Source: Savitreella phatthalungensis (lineage: Eukaryota). From it: a stretch of 64,000 bases of DNA. Shown here piece by piece: positions 20,574 through 30,962 of this stretch (position 1 is the stretch's first letter; every line of letters starts with the position of its first letter). The DNA lies in contig AP039692.1 of assembly GCA_051599415.1 (NCBI GenBank), forward strand, positions 62,001 to 126,000, in the 5' to 3' direction. A program made the translations under genes and the position numbers. The notes under the pieces were generated by a model, which searched no databases, was not told the origin of the DNA, and saw only the letters and a list, made by a program, of their open reading frames with translations.

Positions 20574-22526
20574 TCAAACGTACTCATCAGGTTCGAGCGA
20601 TTCGGCTCTCGTCTCCATCCAGCCGCCAAATACGGCGAAACGATGGTTCAACTCTTTGCGATAATGGATGCCGTACGAACTGGCGAATCCGCCACGCTCG
20701 GACGCCTTCGCGAAGAAGACTCGCTCTGCGCGCGCATGTAGAAGAGCCATACAGCACATGGTGCATGGTTCATGCGATATAAAGATCGTCAGGCCAGTGC
20801 ACAAGTACTGCGCAGCCGTCTCAGGCTGTTCGATGCGTCGTACAACCTCGTTCGCGGCAACCGCTCCCACAAGCTCCATTACAGCATGCTTGAGAGGGTG
20901 GCCTGAGCTTGATCTGGCATCCTTTGCGCGCGCAAGTTCTTCTCCAGTTTCAGCATTCCATGCGATGGCGGCCACGGGTAGGTCGCCGTCAGTGGTTTCC
21001 TGTGCAGCGAAACTGAGACATTGCTCCATGACAGCCTGACACCTTTCCAGGTCAGCTCGAGTCATGTTGACACGTCTTGTTGCAGGGACTCGCCAATTTA
21101 AGGGCCATCGTTCTTTCCAAGCATCGAATTGCTTCTGGCTCAGAGCCGGAAACCTGGAAACTTCAACCTCTTCGAGCTTAGCCTCGGGTACGCCATGATC
21201 GTCAAGCGCCTGTCGCAGTTCGTGCTCGGTCATCTCATCTGCTTTGCAAAGCAGAATTTGCACCAGCCCATCAGGATCATTACGTCGCGACCTGACTTCC
21301 CCGTCCTCGACCTTCACTCGTTTGGCGTCTTCTATCGGCCTCATGCGCTTGAGATGGTTCAGATCTCTCGACCTGAGCTTTTTAGCGATGAAGTCGACAA
21401 TCTTACCTGTCTCCGCCTTTCGCAACGTCAACGTTCGCACGACCAGGCCTTCAAATGGTCTCGTCTCGAGATGAGACGGAATGAAGTCGAACGGCAACTC
21501 GTTCTCGGGGACAAGGTCCTCCTTTGCCGGTCCTTTCGCGTGATGGGGATGGAGATGTTTCTCTGGCATCGGAGCGTTATTCTCAGTTGTCTCTTTGCGG
21601 TCGGTCTCATCATCGGTAGGCTGGTCTATCTCGTCTTCATGCTTCGCCACGGGACTTCTGGACCTGGCAAAGTAGTTTGCGATGTTATCCTTATTCTCTT
21701 TGGAGTCGATTGGCACAATGAAGCTCGGCGAGTCGTTGCCGACTTTCCCAACGTCCTTCTTGACAGCATAGCTCTCAAGCTTTGAAGGATCGAATGGCCG
21801 GAGCATTGCGGCGCACTCGTCATCCCATGTCTGCCCATCTAGCCATTTGGCGATCAATTGAGCATCGCACTTCTCCTCGAACATCAGAGGCATTCTATCG
21901 TGCAGCCAACCCATCCCCTCAGCTGCTGCAGTTGTGATTATTGTAAATGTCCACAGGGGTGGACTGTCTTCAGGCAGAGTTTCATAGCGAACACTGTCAT
22001 AAAGTCCACCCAAAAGCATCATCCCTCCATCTTTCCGTCTTGTAAAGAACGGCAACCTCTCCCGACCTCGTTTTTGCCACTCGTAATATCCTTGAACGGG
22101 AACGATGCATCTCTTTCGCTCCTTCATGGTGTTCCACATGCTCCTGCCACCTTCGATGAGGGAGTCGTCGCGACAGTTGATTGTCTTAAGCTGCGATGCG
22201 CTCTCGGGTGGGCGCTTGGTCCAGAACGGCACAAGCCCCCATTTCATCGACTGCAGGACTCGCGTGGGTCGGGCTGTATCCGTGTCCTCGGTGTTAGTAC
22301 CACGCGTGACGGTAGAGGACTCTGCTGTTTTGCCATCAGTGCGCTCGCTTGCGTCTGACGGACCATGCACAGATCGGTAGACGGCCTGATAGGTCTGAGG
22401 AGCAGCATTGTATGTGGGTCTGCGTGGAGTGTCAGAGTCGCGCACATCATCGACCCCAAGTCCTCCACTCTCCAGCTGCTGAGCTATGTATGCAGACTCA
22501 AATGACTGGGCAAACCTGCCACACAT
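20574..22526 (-). CDS. SRAP/HMCES abasic-site processing domain fused in frame to tRNA adenosine deaminase subunit Tad3 (650 aa)
   Basis: N-terminal MCGRF, MKWGLVPFW, INCRDDS, RCIVPVQGYYEW, WLHDRMP (SRAP); then PFDFIPSHLETR, HLKRMR, HPLKHAVM, HEPCTMCCMALLHAR, LNHRF (Tad3); no stop between the two. Confidence 0.88.
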   Translation of the reverse strand: MCGRFAQSFESAYIAQQLESGGLGVDDVRDSDTPRRPTYNAAPQTYQAVYRSVHGPSDASERTDGKTAESSTVTRGTNTEDTDTARPTRVLQSMKWGLVPFWTKRPPESASQLKTINCRDDSLIEGGRSMWNTMKERKRCIVPVQGYYEWQKRGRERLPFFTRRKDGGMMLLGGLYDSVRYETLPEDSPPLWTFTIITTAAAEGMGWLHDRMPLMFEEKCDAQLIAKWLDGQTWDDECAAMLRPFDPSKLESYAVKKDVGKVGNDSPSFIVPIDSKENKDNIANYFARSRSPVAKHEDEIDQPTDDETDRKETTENNAPMPEKHLHPHHAKGPAKEDLVPENELPFDFIPSHLETRPFEGLVVRTLTLRKAETGKIVDFIAKKLRSRDLNHLKRMRPIEDAKRVKVEDGEVRSRRNDPDGLVQILLCKADEMTEHELRQALDDHGVPEAKLEEVEVSRFPALSQKQFDAWKERWPLNWRVPATRRVNMTRADLERCQAVMEQCLSFAAQETTDGDLPVAAIAWNAETGEELARAKDARSSSGHPLKHAVMELVGAVAANEVVRRIEQPETAAQYLCTGLTIFISHEPCTMCCMALLHARAERVFFAKASERGGFASSYGIHYRKELNHRFAVFGGWMETRAESLEPDEYV

Positions 22527-22812
22527 AGCCGTGCGCCGACGTCCAATGTGCTCATATGCTGTTCCTTGAGTGACGCTGATACGTAATTTAACAAACCGTA
22601 TTGGCTTCACGTTGAACTGGTCTCCGATGTTATGCACGATCGTTTGAGGGAACACACAATACTGTGATCGCTTGACCACATCGATCCGCCTCATAGCATC
22701 TGCAGGAATAGCAGAACACACAAAATACATGGACGTCGGAAATGGCTCGCAACCCATGCGAAAAAAAGGTTAGGGTCAGGGTTACGATCTCTAGTGAATG
22801 ACGAGGGTATAG

Positions 22813-25800
22813 CTACCAGTACGAGCCGCTACCGTATCTGTGCTCGAGTGAGGAAACCACGGGCACATTAATAGGCTGGAAGGCGGCTCGGTACCTGTCA
22901 CCTGAAGATGAGCGGTCTGCAATGATGGCTTGAACACCGCCTGCTCGTGGCGGCAGCGGTAGATCCTGTTGCGTATGCATCTGTTGGTAAGGTTGATGAG
23001 TCGGTTCTTGTGTAGCGGGAATCTTACGAGACATCTGTGGTCCGCGAGAGCGCGATCGCGAGCGCATTCTTTGCTGGTTCGAATGCTTTCGAAGTCGCTC
23101 TTCCTCAACTTGGCACTCCAAAGCACCGACTGCAGAAGATTGTTGGTAGTAACCTGGATTATACCTAAGCGGCAGTTGCTGTCCTCGATAGTAACGAACG
23201 GGCTCACGAGCGACAGCTTCGGAATAGTGGCTTGAGACATCGGATGGGAACCTGTTGTGCATCGCGGACCAGTCCGGCGTACTGCTGAAAGGCTCATCGT
23301 GTGACAGGATGGCCATGTGACTGGCTGGCGAGGCGTCTTGCTCTGGCCACGCAATTTTGTGCTTTAGCTGCGACTCGCTTCGAGATCGCGAAGGTGATTT
23401 TTTATCGCTTGGCCTCTCAGTCGCTCGTCCGCAGTCGCCTGCAGCTCCCGCAGGCCTGAACTGGCTGATATCGTACTCTTGCCGAGTCGCGTACTTCATC
23501 GGCATACTGACCTGGGCATGGTCGAGCACAGCCTGGGATGAAAGCTCGGCCGTCGAGTTAACAGCCTGTACTATTGATGATTCTACTGGGCGACCGAGAG
23601 CGCGCCCGCCTGCGCTTTTGGTCTGGGTAGGGTCAATAGTCAACTCGTGAAACTGATGTAGCCCGATCGGGTCGATGCATTGATTCGGCCCTTTGTGCTG
23701 TTGCTGCTGACCTGCAGCAGTCTCTGCTGTGACAGCCTCGAACAGCTGCATAGCTTTGTGATCGTCACGACATTCGAGCGTCTGCACATGCTGTAGCATA
23801 GGAAAGAGTTCGGACGTGTCGACTGATACAGGTCGCCTCTCGGCTGCCTTGGGAGGAAGTGGCGGAACATCCGATAAACTGCTCGAGTCAGACTGCGAAG
23901 ATGAGCTCGACGATTGGATCCGTGGCACAGAAGTCCTGGTCACAGTGGGAGGCATAGCGTTTCTAGACCGTGCAGCTGGTGCTGGCACTGGCACTGACGC
24001 TGGTACCGACACAGCTGTGGCAGATTGGACTGGCATCGTGGCACTGAGTGCAGTCATCGCATGAGCCACTGTGGCGAGCATAGCGGGATAAGCTTCGCCA
24101 GGAATTTGCGTCGGAGGCTGCTCAATCGTTGCGGGCATCGACTTCTGCGCATCCTCTGATGGCGAGGGGATGTCAGCTCTCTCAGTACCGTTACCCTTGC
24201 GACGTCTGTCCTTCATCAGAGAACCCAAACGCTTCATGAGCGATGGTCTGCGGACATTCTGACCGTGAGTTCCATCGTGCTTATCATCTGTGGCGCAACC
24301 GCTCATGATTGCGCTGTGCGACGATTCTAAGGATCTGTTTTCGGGCTCGACAATGGTAGGTTTCCGCGAGAGTTCCACAGGAGCTTCTGAGAGCTTCTCG
24401 AATGAGGGAGCTCGGGCGAGATGTTGCTCGATCTTTTGCTGTGCATCATAGCGCCGTGTCCACATCATGGCCGCGCGCAGCTCAGGACGAATCGTGCCTG
24501 GATCAACGCCGGGGTCAGCATGTTTTAAGGATTGTGCAGATTTGGCGCCCGTGCTGGTCGAGCTGCAGCTGGCGTCCACTTTGGACCTCCCAAGCTTGCG
24601 AATCTTGCGCTCTGCGTCGGCAAGATTGATCACGTCAGCAGGAACATCTGTCAACAACGGCGCATCATGTTTATTGCGCCTCTTCTCTGCACGCGGCGCC
24701 TCAGGCATGACTTCCTCCACTATTAGCCATGATGATGACTCGCGGAGCTCGAGCACAACGCATCGGCCAAACATGCCCTTGATCGCCTGACTTGTCTCGT
24801 ATGTTAGGGAGGATAACCAGGCCAAGCGAAGTGATTTGTCGATTTCGATAAGACGCAGATCAACGAGCAGAGAATCGTCCGCAGAAGACATACTGTCGCC
24901 GCTTTTCACACTGCCAGAACACGATGGGACGCGCATTTGCAGGGGCAAGAAATCTTGTTTGATACGCCGATCAGCATCCTCGGGAAAGCCCGCGTGTGAA
25001 AAGTTGCCCCAATCGACAGTGACGGGACGCTTGTGGCCACGCTTGGGTTTCGCAGCGGTGACTGGCCCCGAATCGTCGAAACCAAGTTGTCTGAAGCGCA
25101 TCCACTCATCCCCCGCTTGGTTCAAGTGACTGAGGAATTGGTCTTCATCTGGATTGCCAAGCATGTCTTGCATAACTTTGATCGTCCGCAGGCATTCGTC
25201 AGAGAGATTGTAGGCAGCCTCTTGACTGCACGAAAATCCTTCAAGTACAGGATACTGATGACGTCGTTTGTGACCGGCCGCCCGCTTCACGAGAGAAAGC
25301 GGGGAGCGTGAGAGAGCATTTGAACTGAGAACGAGCTTGACTGTCTCGTTCGCAATTGGAGCTTGAGGGGGATATGCCGTAGCCTCAAGTAGTGACTCGA
25401 GCGCCCGCGCTAAGCCCAGCTTGCTGTTTGCCTTCTGCTCTCGAAGATACCCGAAGAAGACGTGCTTCATGGCTTGACTCTGCGCCGCGTATGTCTGATA
25501 TCCAACCATGAATCCTGCGCCGGATGTCACAGGCTCGCTGGGGAAGAACCACAGGGAAATGGACCGCACGAGTTCATCCGCATCGTGGCCGTTGTACTTG
25601 GTATGCGCGCAAACGCCTGAAATGAGATCCAGCAAAGCAAAGAAACAAGAACAATGAGGCTGTTCCATGATGAGAGTCTTCCAAACATCTGTGAACATCT
25701 GATCAGTTGTCTCGCGCGGCGCATCGTCTTCGAAGCGCTGCCAGATACGGTACTTCTGGACGTCGATTAGTCCATTCGGCACTCTGGAGAAGATCCAGCG

Positions 25801-26157
25801 AAGCATGCCAACTAGCACATGTGCGTCGACGAGCTTAACCTCAGCTTGGAGATTGTCGACGAGGATCAGCTGCCTCTGTTCGTTGCAGACAGTCGAAAAG
25901 ACGCGCTTGTGGAACGTGCGCGCAGCGCGAATATCTTCAACTTCCGGTCGAAACGGTGTCATGACATTGCGCTCGTCAAGCGCACGATCTTTGAGCTCAG
26001 AGATGACGGCAAGCACGACTGACTCACAATCAGAAAGCGAGATTCGCTGTAGCAGCCAGGGGTCTTGTTCGGGTAATGCCAACGGTGCTTTGATCTGCTT
26101 ATTCTGGCCTTTCAAAGGCGCAGAAGCATTGCTTTTCTTCGCCTTCCGCTTCCACAT
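22813..26157 (-). CDS. Msb1/Mug8-like morphogenesis protein (RhoGAP-like DUF1708 N-terminus)
   Basis: ELKDRALD..PFRP..ARTF..LRWIFSRVPNG; W..F...GF motifs; long low-complexity C-terminus. Confidence 0.7.
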   Translation of the reverse strand: MWKRKAKKSNASAPLKGQNKQIKAPLALPEQDPWLLQRISLSDCESVVLAVISELKDRALDERNVMTPFRPEVEDIRAARTFHKRVFSTVCNEQRQLILVDNLQAEVKLVDAHVLVGMLRWIFSRVPNGLIDVQKYRIWQRFEDDAPRETTDQMFTDVWKTLIMEQPHCSCFFALLDLISGVCAHTKYNGHDADELVRSISLWFFPSEPVTSGAGFMVGYQTYAAQSQAMKHVFFGYLREQKANSKLGLARALESLLEATAYPPQAPIANETVKLVLSSNALSRSPLSLVKRAAGHKRRHQYPVLEGFSCSQEAAYNLSDECLRTIKVMQDMLGNPDEDQFLSHLNQAGDEWMRFRQLGFDDSGPVTAAKPKRGHKRPVTVDWGNFSHAGFPEDADRRIKQDFLPLQMRVPSCSGSVKSGDSMSSADDSLLVDLRLIEIDKSLRLAWLSSLTYETSQAIKGMFGRCVVLELRESSSWLIVEEVMPEAPRAEKRRNKHDAPLLTDVPADVINLADAERKIRKLGRSKVDASCSSTSTGAKSAQSLKHADPGVDPGTIRPELRAAMMWTRRYDAQQKIEQHLARAPSFEKLSEAPVELSRKPTIVEPENRSLESSHSAIMSGCATDDKHDGTHGQNVRRPSLMKRLGSLMKDRRRKGNGTERADIPSPSEDAQKSMPATIEQPPTQIPGEAYPAMLATVAHAMTALSATMPVQSATAVSVPASVPVPAPAARSRNAMPPTVTRTSVPRIQSSSSSSQSDSSSLSDVPPLPPKAAERRPVSVDTSELFPMLQHVQTLECRDDHKAMQLFEAVTAETAAGQQQQHKGPNQCIDPIGLHQFHELTIDPTQTKSAGGRALGRPVESSIVQAVNSTAELSSQAVLDHAQVSMPMKYATRQEYDISQFRPAGAAGDCGRATERPSDKKSPSRSRSESQLKHKIAWPEQDASPASHMAILSHDEPFSSTPDWSAMHNRFPSDVSSHYSEAVAREPVRYYRGQQLPLRYNPGYYQQSSAVGALECQVEEERLRKHSNQQRMRSRSRSRGPQMSRKIPATQEPTHQPYQQMHTQQDLPLPPRAGGVQAIIADRSSSGDRYRAAFQPINVPVVSSLEHRYGSGSYW

Positions 26158-26903
26158 TGTGGGGGCTGTATACGATGCTGTCCTGGGATATACTCACGTC
26201 TCAATGTTGTGGGCCATGGAAGAAGATTATACGCATCAAACGTTGATGATCAGGCGATGTGCTTCTGAATCAAGGCGTTCCCTGCCACAATGCGTGCCAA
26301 GGACCCTAATTTCGTACGGAGCGCATGGACTTCCAGGTGAGCGAGTTGGAGTTAAACTCGTCACATCGGGTCTGTGCGTGGCAGATCCCAGGCGTGTATT
26401 GAATAGAGACTGTGCGTCAGTTGCTAGATCACCGCAGACAGTCATTAGGCAGACTATCGTTCAGCTCAGATATCTGTTCTTGTTAAAATCAGCCAGTTTG
26501 AAGCAAGACTAGGTCATGTGCACAGAGCGCATCACCTGGTCCTCCCAACTGCTCATGTAGATAACGCAGTGTAGTTTTGCTCCTCATGGCTGAACGATTT
26601 TCTGTCTCTTGGCTGGCCAGAGAAACTGAGCACTGACTTCGAAAGCCCTCCGTGCGGATAGTCCGCTGCCGAAGGAGAGATCGATTTCGACCACGGTCTG
26701 ACGCGTCAAAGCGCCACGTCTGCTGCTATCGTATAATGATACGGACATCTCGTTCAGCGCAGCAAACAGGCATTGGCACAGCAATCTATGATTGCTTTAG
26801 CATTCGCGAGAGTGACTTATTGGTGATGTGCCCTGGCCACACGTCCAGTATATTCAGAACTCGCTTACCCTGCAGCCATGGATGTATGCACACATATGAG
26901 CAT

Positions 26904-26917
26904 GTTTTCTAGAAAAC
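26904..26917 (+). promoter_or_regulatory. Possible heat-shock element upstream of HSP10
   Basis: Palindrome GTTTTCTAGAAAAC containing TTCnnGAA about 110 nt upstream of the HSP10 ATG; only two nGAAn units. Confidence 0.35.
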
Positions 26918-27028
26918 GCTGTCGACTGCAACATTCAAATATTTTTCAAGATTACGAGTTCGTCACTCAATTGTTGGATACAGCTGTCAAGTAGACTTTT
27001 ACAACTTAGGAACCTCAGCGCAGCAAGT

Positions 27029-27403
27029 ATGGTAAGTCGACGAACTGATCTCGGTAGTTCGTAAGATCAATGAACTGACCCATAGTCCACTGCCATCAAG
27101 TCGGCCAAGGCCATTCAGCCATTGCTGAACCGCATCTTGGTACAGCGCACAAAGGCTGAGGTAAAGACAGCCACCGGAATTTTTCTGCCGGAGAAGGCCC
27201 AATCGAAGCTGAATGAGGGAACTGTGCTCGCCGTCGGCCCAGGCGGCGTCGACGATGTCACCGGCAAGGTCGTGAAGACGAGCTTGACTGTTGGACAGCG
27301 TGTGCTTCTGCCCCAATTTGGCGGAACGCCCGTTCAAGTTGGAGAGGAGGAGCTGACCCTTTTCAAGGAGTCGGAGATCCTCGCCATTATCAACGAGCAA
27401 TGA
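27029..27403 (+). CDS. HSP10: Mitochondrial co-chaperonin Hsp10; join(27029-27031, 27086-27403)
   Basis: ATG|GTAAGT intron 27032-27085 (CTGAC..TAG); IQPLLNRILV, KTATGIFLPE, VLAVGPG, LFKESEILA. Confidence 0.95.
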
Positions 27404-27553
27404 AAGTCAGTCAGTCTTGATCAAATTGGCGCTATAGTAGACTGCGTGTAGACAAAGCATATCCCTTCTCATCCTTCCGATCATTTACAAACGAGCACGT
27501 TGACAGCGAAGCGTGTTTCGTGATAGCATTATTCTGTTGTGAAAGTCATTACG

Positions 27554-28387
27554 CTATGCGCTGTCTTCCTCGCCGACTACATTCATGAACGACTGTTCTT
27601 CCTTCTTTGTCTGCCAGAACTCGTCATTCATGTCGTCAAACCCGATCCGAGTCCAGCCCTGCTCCCTCACAATGTAGCAGTTGATGCTGCCGCCAGAATA
27701 TGCATCTCGATGAGTAGCCGCAAGAATTGACCTCCGTGCTAATTTGATTGCCTCGTCATCCTCCAGATCGTACTTGTACGTGGCATCGAGTACGCCATAT
27801 GCAAAGGTCGCTCCTGAGCCGACGCAGAACAGGTCACCCTTGGCGCGAGTACCGTCGTTGTCGACATAGAATAGTGCGGGGCCAGTCTTGTCCCAGCCGG
27901 CAAGCATGGTGCCCATCGAGAGCCCCATACCTTTGTAACCATATACGATGTTTGCGAGGATTTTCGAGGCAGCAGCGACTGAGATTCGCTCCTTGTTCTT
28001 CAGCTCATGCAAGCGACACTGGATCCCGAGATATGTTTCCCAGTACTGACAGTCTGCAGCACCGCCTGCCATTGTGCCAAGGAGGAAAGGATTGATTTCA
28101 ATCACCTTCTTGACAGTCTGGGAGGCGATGTAGCCACCTGCACTGGCGCGAGAGTCGGTACAGACCATTACACCACCCTTGAACTTGAATGCTAGTGTTG
28201 TAGTACCATGAGCAAGTTTGATCCGACAATTAGGGTTGCTGACTTCGTCCGTCTCATTCTTCAGAAAGCTAGATGGTGCTGCGAGGGCAGGTAAGTCATA
28301 GCGAAGAGCGTCTATCGGGGTGTGCAGTGGTGCAATGTTTCTCAAACCTTCGTTCTCCCGGTCGAAACGCGACAGGATAGAATTCAT
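27554..28387 (-). CDS. PRE2: 20S proteasome beta5 subunit
   Basis: Propeptide, then [42 protein letters not shown]. Confidence 0.97.
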   Translation of the reverse strand: MNSILSRFDRENEGLRNIAPLHTPIDALRYDLPALAAPSSFLKNETDEVSNPNCRIKLAHGTTTLAFKFKGGVMVCTDSRASAGGYIASQTVKKVIEINPFLLGTMAGGAADCQYWETYLGIQCRLHELKNKERISVAAASKILANIVYGYKGMGLSMGTMLAGWDKTGPALFYVDNDGTRAKGDLFCVGSGATFAYGVLDATYKYDLEDDEAIKLARRSILAATHRDAYSGGSINCYIVREQGWTRIGFDDMNDEFWQTKKEEQSFMNVVGEEDSA

Positions 28388-29144
28388 GGCGACGATAACG
28401 TCTGATTCCGCTAACCGGGACCGAAGTACTTTCTTTTCTAAAGAAAGCCTGATAATGTGGGTGAGATGGGCAGGCCTGTCGCGCTTACGTAGCGCGCTTG
28501 TTGCGTCTTTTGTGATACAGACGTGCGTACGTACACACTACCGTATTTGTGCATCAATGCAGTGAATTTCATTGATGCATACATAGTCTTAGCAACTCGA
28601 TCTGCGAAAAGGACTGAGATGCCTTACATGTAAGAACGTACTGTAGAATACTCTACAGTACTTTACATGAATTCCAATGTTTGACTCTCATTCAATAGGC
28701 CTCGAACTTCCTGACAAACGAAATCAATTTAATTGCTTTTTAATCGACCATGATTAGTATTTTGACAAATCCATGGCATACACTCTCTCACCTCATGCAC
28801 GTCTAGTAGCCTGATCTCCATAATTAATGCCATCTTCTAGCATGATATACGGTTGGATCCATCAATTGATAATTTCAAGTTAGAAAAATTCTAGCGCTGC
28901 TGGTCGATGAAGAATTTCACCGGCATACGTGCTGCTAGGTGGAAGCCAAATCTATGCAGAGTGGCTCTACCCTACAAGGAGCTAGCTAGGTATCTACTAC
29001 TCACTGCATGACATGTGAATCACTCAAGATATCATGCACGCCAAATCGCGAAGATTCTTTTGACGGTAGCTACAAACATCGGTAGATACAGACATCGGCA
29101 GTCTGACCGAAGTGCATTGACTCACGGTCTGTTGTAACTTCATC

Positions 29145-29546
29145 ATGGCTGTGCGGTCAACCCTGGGCGGTCTGACGGCGACCTTACGCTCACAAGCAGA
29201 CAACACATTTCAATTCGTGCTCTGGGCAACATTCGGTTCGGCTGCGATTCATCTCATCAACATCAAGCAGGCCTACAAGGAGCGCAATCGTATACTTGAC
29301 ACGCGAATCTCAGTCCTGCGCAATCTGATCGAACGTGTCGGCAGAGGAGATCCTCATGTTGACATTGCGAAAGAACTACGCACCGGCGAGCAACGTGGTG
29401 AGGACGACTGGGAAGCTGTCATCCAGGGAATCGAGCGCAAACTGAGCCAGCGAGAAGAACAATCTCGAAGAGTCCTTGATGAAGCAGCAGCTCCAGAATC
29501 AGTCAATATGCGTTCCTGGTGGCGAGCAAGTTTGTGGTCGACCTGA
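29145..29546 (+). CDS. Small conserved fungal membrane protein, probably mitochondrial
   Basis: FVLWATFGSAAIHLI hydrophobic segment, coiled coil, LIERVGRG..DIAKEL.TG...DWEAVI. Confidence 0.65.
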   Translation: MAVRSTLGGLTATLRSQADNTFQFVLWATFGSAAIHLINIKQAYKERNRILDTRISVLRNLIERVGRGDPHVDIAKELRTGEQRGEDDWEAVIQGIERKLSQREEQSRRVLDEAAAPESVNMRSWWRASLWST

Positions 29547-29580
29547 TAATTGCGTGCCTGACAAGTGATCCCTGGCGGTC

Positions 29581-29636
29581 GATCATCCGCAATCGGCCCA
29601 ATCGCATGGATCATCCGCAATCGGCCCAATCGCATG
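29581..29636. repeat. Perfect 2 x 28-bp tandem duplication
   Basis: GATCATCCGCAATCGGCCCAATCGCATG twice. Confidence 0.95.
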
Positions 29637-30012
29637 GCAGTCCACGGAAAGAAAAAGCATCCGGAGCCGCAGCGCGCTCACGCGAACGCAGCAATCAGGC
29701 TGGCAAGGCAGCATTGCTGTATCCTGACGCTGAACTCGATCAGAGCCGTGCAAGGCGTCGTGAGAGAACCTTTTGGCAGAGCGCGACATTGCGAAGTCGT
29801 CAGGATCGGCATTCATTGAGCGTGCACGTGCACTTGAATGACGAAGAGCATAAGAAGCAGAGCTTGTTCGCTCGGCAAATGAGCCATAGCGACGTGCCTG
29901 AGCTGCAGCATTTCCCAGATGCATGTCACAAGCCACCTTTCCTGGTCCTGGTCAGTGCCAATGCATCGGCTCGACCAAACGGTCTAACGGGAATAACGTA
30001 ATCTAGGCAACA

Positions 30013-30516
30013 TTACAGCTTTGATCTGATGTGTTCTGGTGAATGTCGCGGCTTTGACTTGATGCTGTCAAGTTTCCCTAGCCATAGCAGCTTGGCCAGT
30101 TGAGTCCGGATATCGCTGGCAAGTCTCTCACCCTCTTCCTCGTCGAGCTCCTCTGTCCGTGGTCCTCTGCCAAAGGCATTCCAGCGTGCGCCCTCGACGC
30201 GTGGAATCAAATGAAAATGAACATGCGGAACAGTTTGCGCTGCTCGTTCTCCATTGTTGCTCAAGATGTTGTAGTCGTCGGCCTGCAGAACGAGCTTTAG
30301 CGCTCGAGTGAGAGGTGGTAAGACAGCGCCAATAGCTGCCGCTGCTGCTATTGACAGGGTAGCGACTTCTTGGTGATGCGACTTCGGGATAATTAGCATG
30401 TGACCACGAGTGAGCGGCATTCTGTCGAGTATCACAAGTACGTCGGGCGTCTCTGTGACAATGACACAATCAGAACGCGATCTGACGATCTCGCAGAACG
30501 GACATACGTCAGTCAT
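30013..30516 (-). CDS. HIT-family nucleotide hydrolase (Hnt1-like)
   Basis: CPFCEI, LDRMPLTRGHMLIIPKSH, NNGERAAQTVPHVHFHLIPR; ATG 30516. Confidence 0.9.
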   Translation of the reverse strand: MTDVCPFCEIVRSRSDCVIVTETPDVLVILDRMPLTRGHMLIIPKSHHQEVATLSIAAAAAIGAVLPPLTRALKLVLQADDYNILSNNGERAAQTVPHVHFHLIPRVEGARWNAFGRGPRTEELDEEEGERLASDIRTQLAKLLWLGKLDSIKSKPRHSPEHIRSKL

Positions 30517-30699
30517 GGTGGTGACTGAAAAACACTTATGCTGAAGATAATCTCGCGAAGGGTGTTTGCATGTACGCGAAAGATGTCTTGGTGTCAACAT
30601 GTGTAGTTTATAGCTCAGTAGCCCCACAAAGTCTCGTCAGAAAGCGTTTGTGCGTTTAGGGTCAAAGCGGAAAAAGGGAAGAAAATTAGAAAAAAAAAA

Positions 30700-30789
30700 T
30701 GAGCAAGCGGGGAGTCGAACCCCGGTCTCAAGCTATCGAAGGATGAAATCCGTGGAAGGCTAGCATAATGACCGTTATACTACTTGCCC
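30700..30789 (-). tRNA. tRNA-Gly(TCC) with an 18-nt intron (30735-30752)
   Basis: Acceptor GGGCAAG/CTTGCTC+A, anticodon loop CT-TCC-A^A with intron at 37/38, T arm CGGGG-TTCGACT-CCCCG, followed by a poly-T Pol III terminator. Confidence 0.92.
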
Positions 30790-30853
30790 TGGTGAATTTT
30801 GTAAGTGTGAAAGGTTAATATAGTGATTGTCGTGCCACGATTGTCCTTGTCAA

Positions 30854-30897
30854 CATGTTCGAGTGAGATCGAGATCATGTTCGAGTGAGATCGAGAT
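30854..30897. repeat. Perfect 2 x 22-bp tandem duplication
   Basis: CATGTTCGAGTGAGATCGAGAT twice. Confidence 0.95.
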
Positions 30898-30962
30898 GTC
30901 GTCGGTGAACTGTCATCGACAGTGCTCTTTGGCCTAAGATCTTTTGATGGCACCTGGATAGG

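Noticed and set aside
22527..22757. Upstream ATG extending the SRAP-Tad3 ORF by 77 aa
   Set aside because: SRAP needs Cys at position 2 after Met removal, so MCGRF at 22526 is the functional start; the extension looks non-coding.
29519..30001. Overlapping ORFs of 84-160 aa around the 28-bp repeat
   Set aside because: No domain, poor starts, and located in the 3' region between convergent genes.
29581..30897. Short direct repeats as a possible CRISPR array or transposon ends
   Set aside because: Only two adjacent copies each, with no spacers, no transposase and a eukaryotic context.
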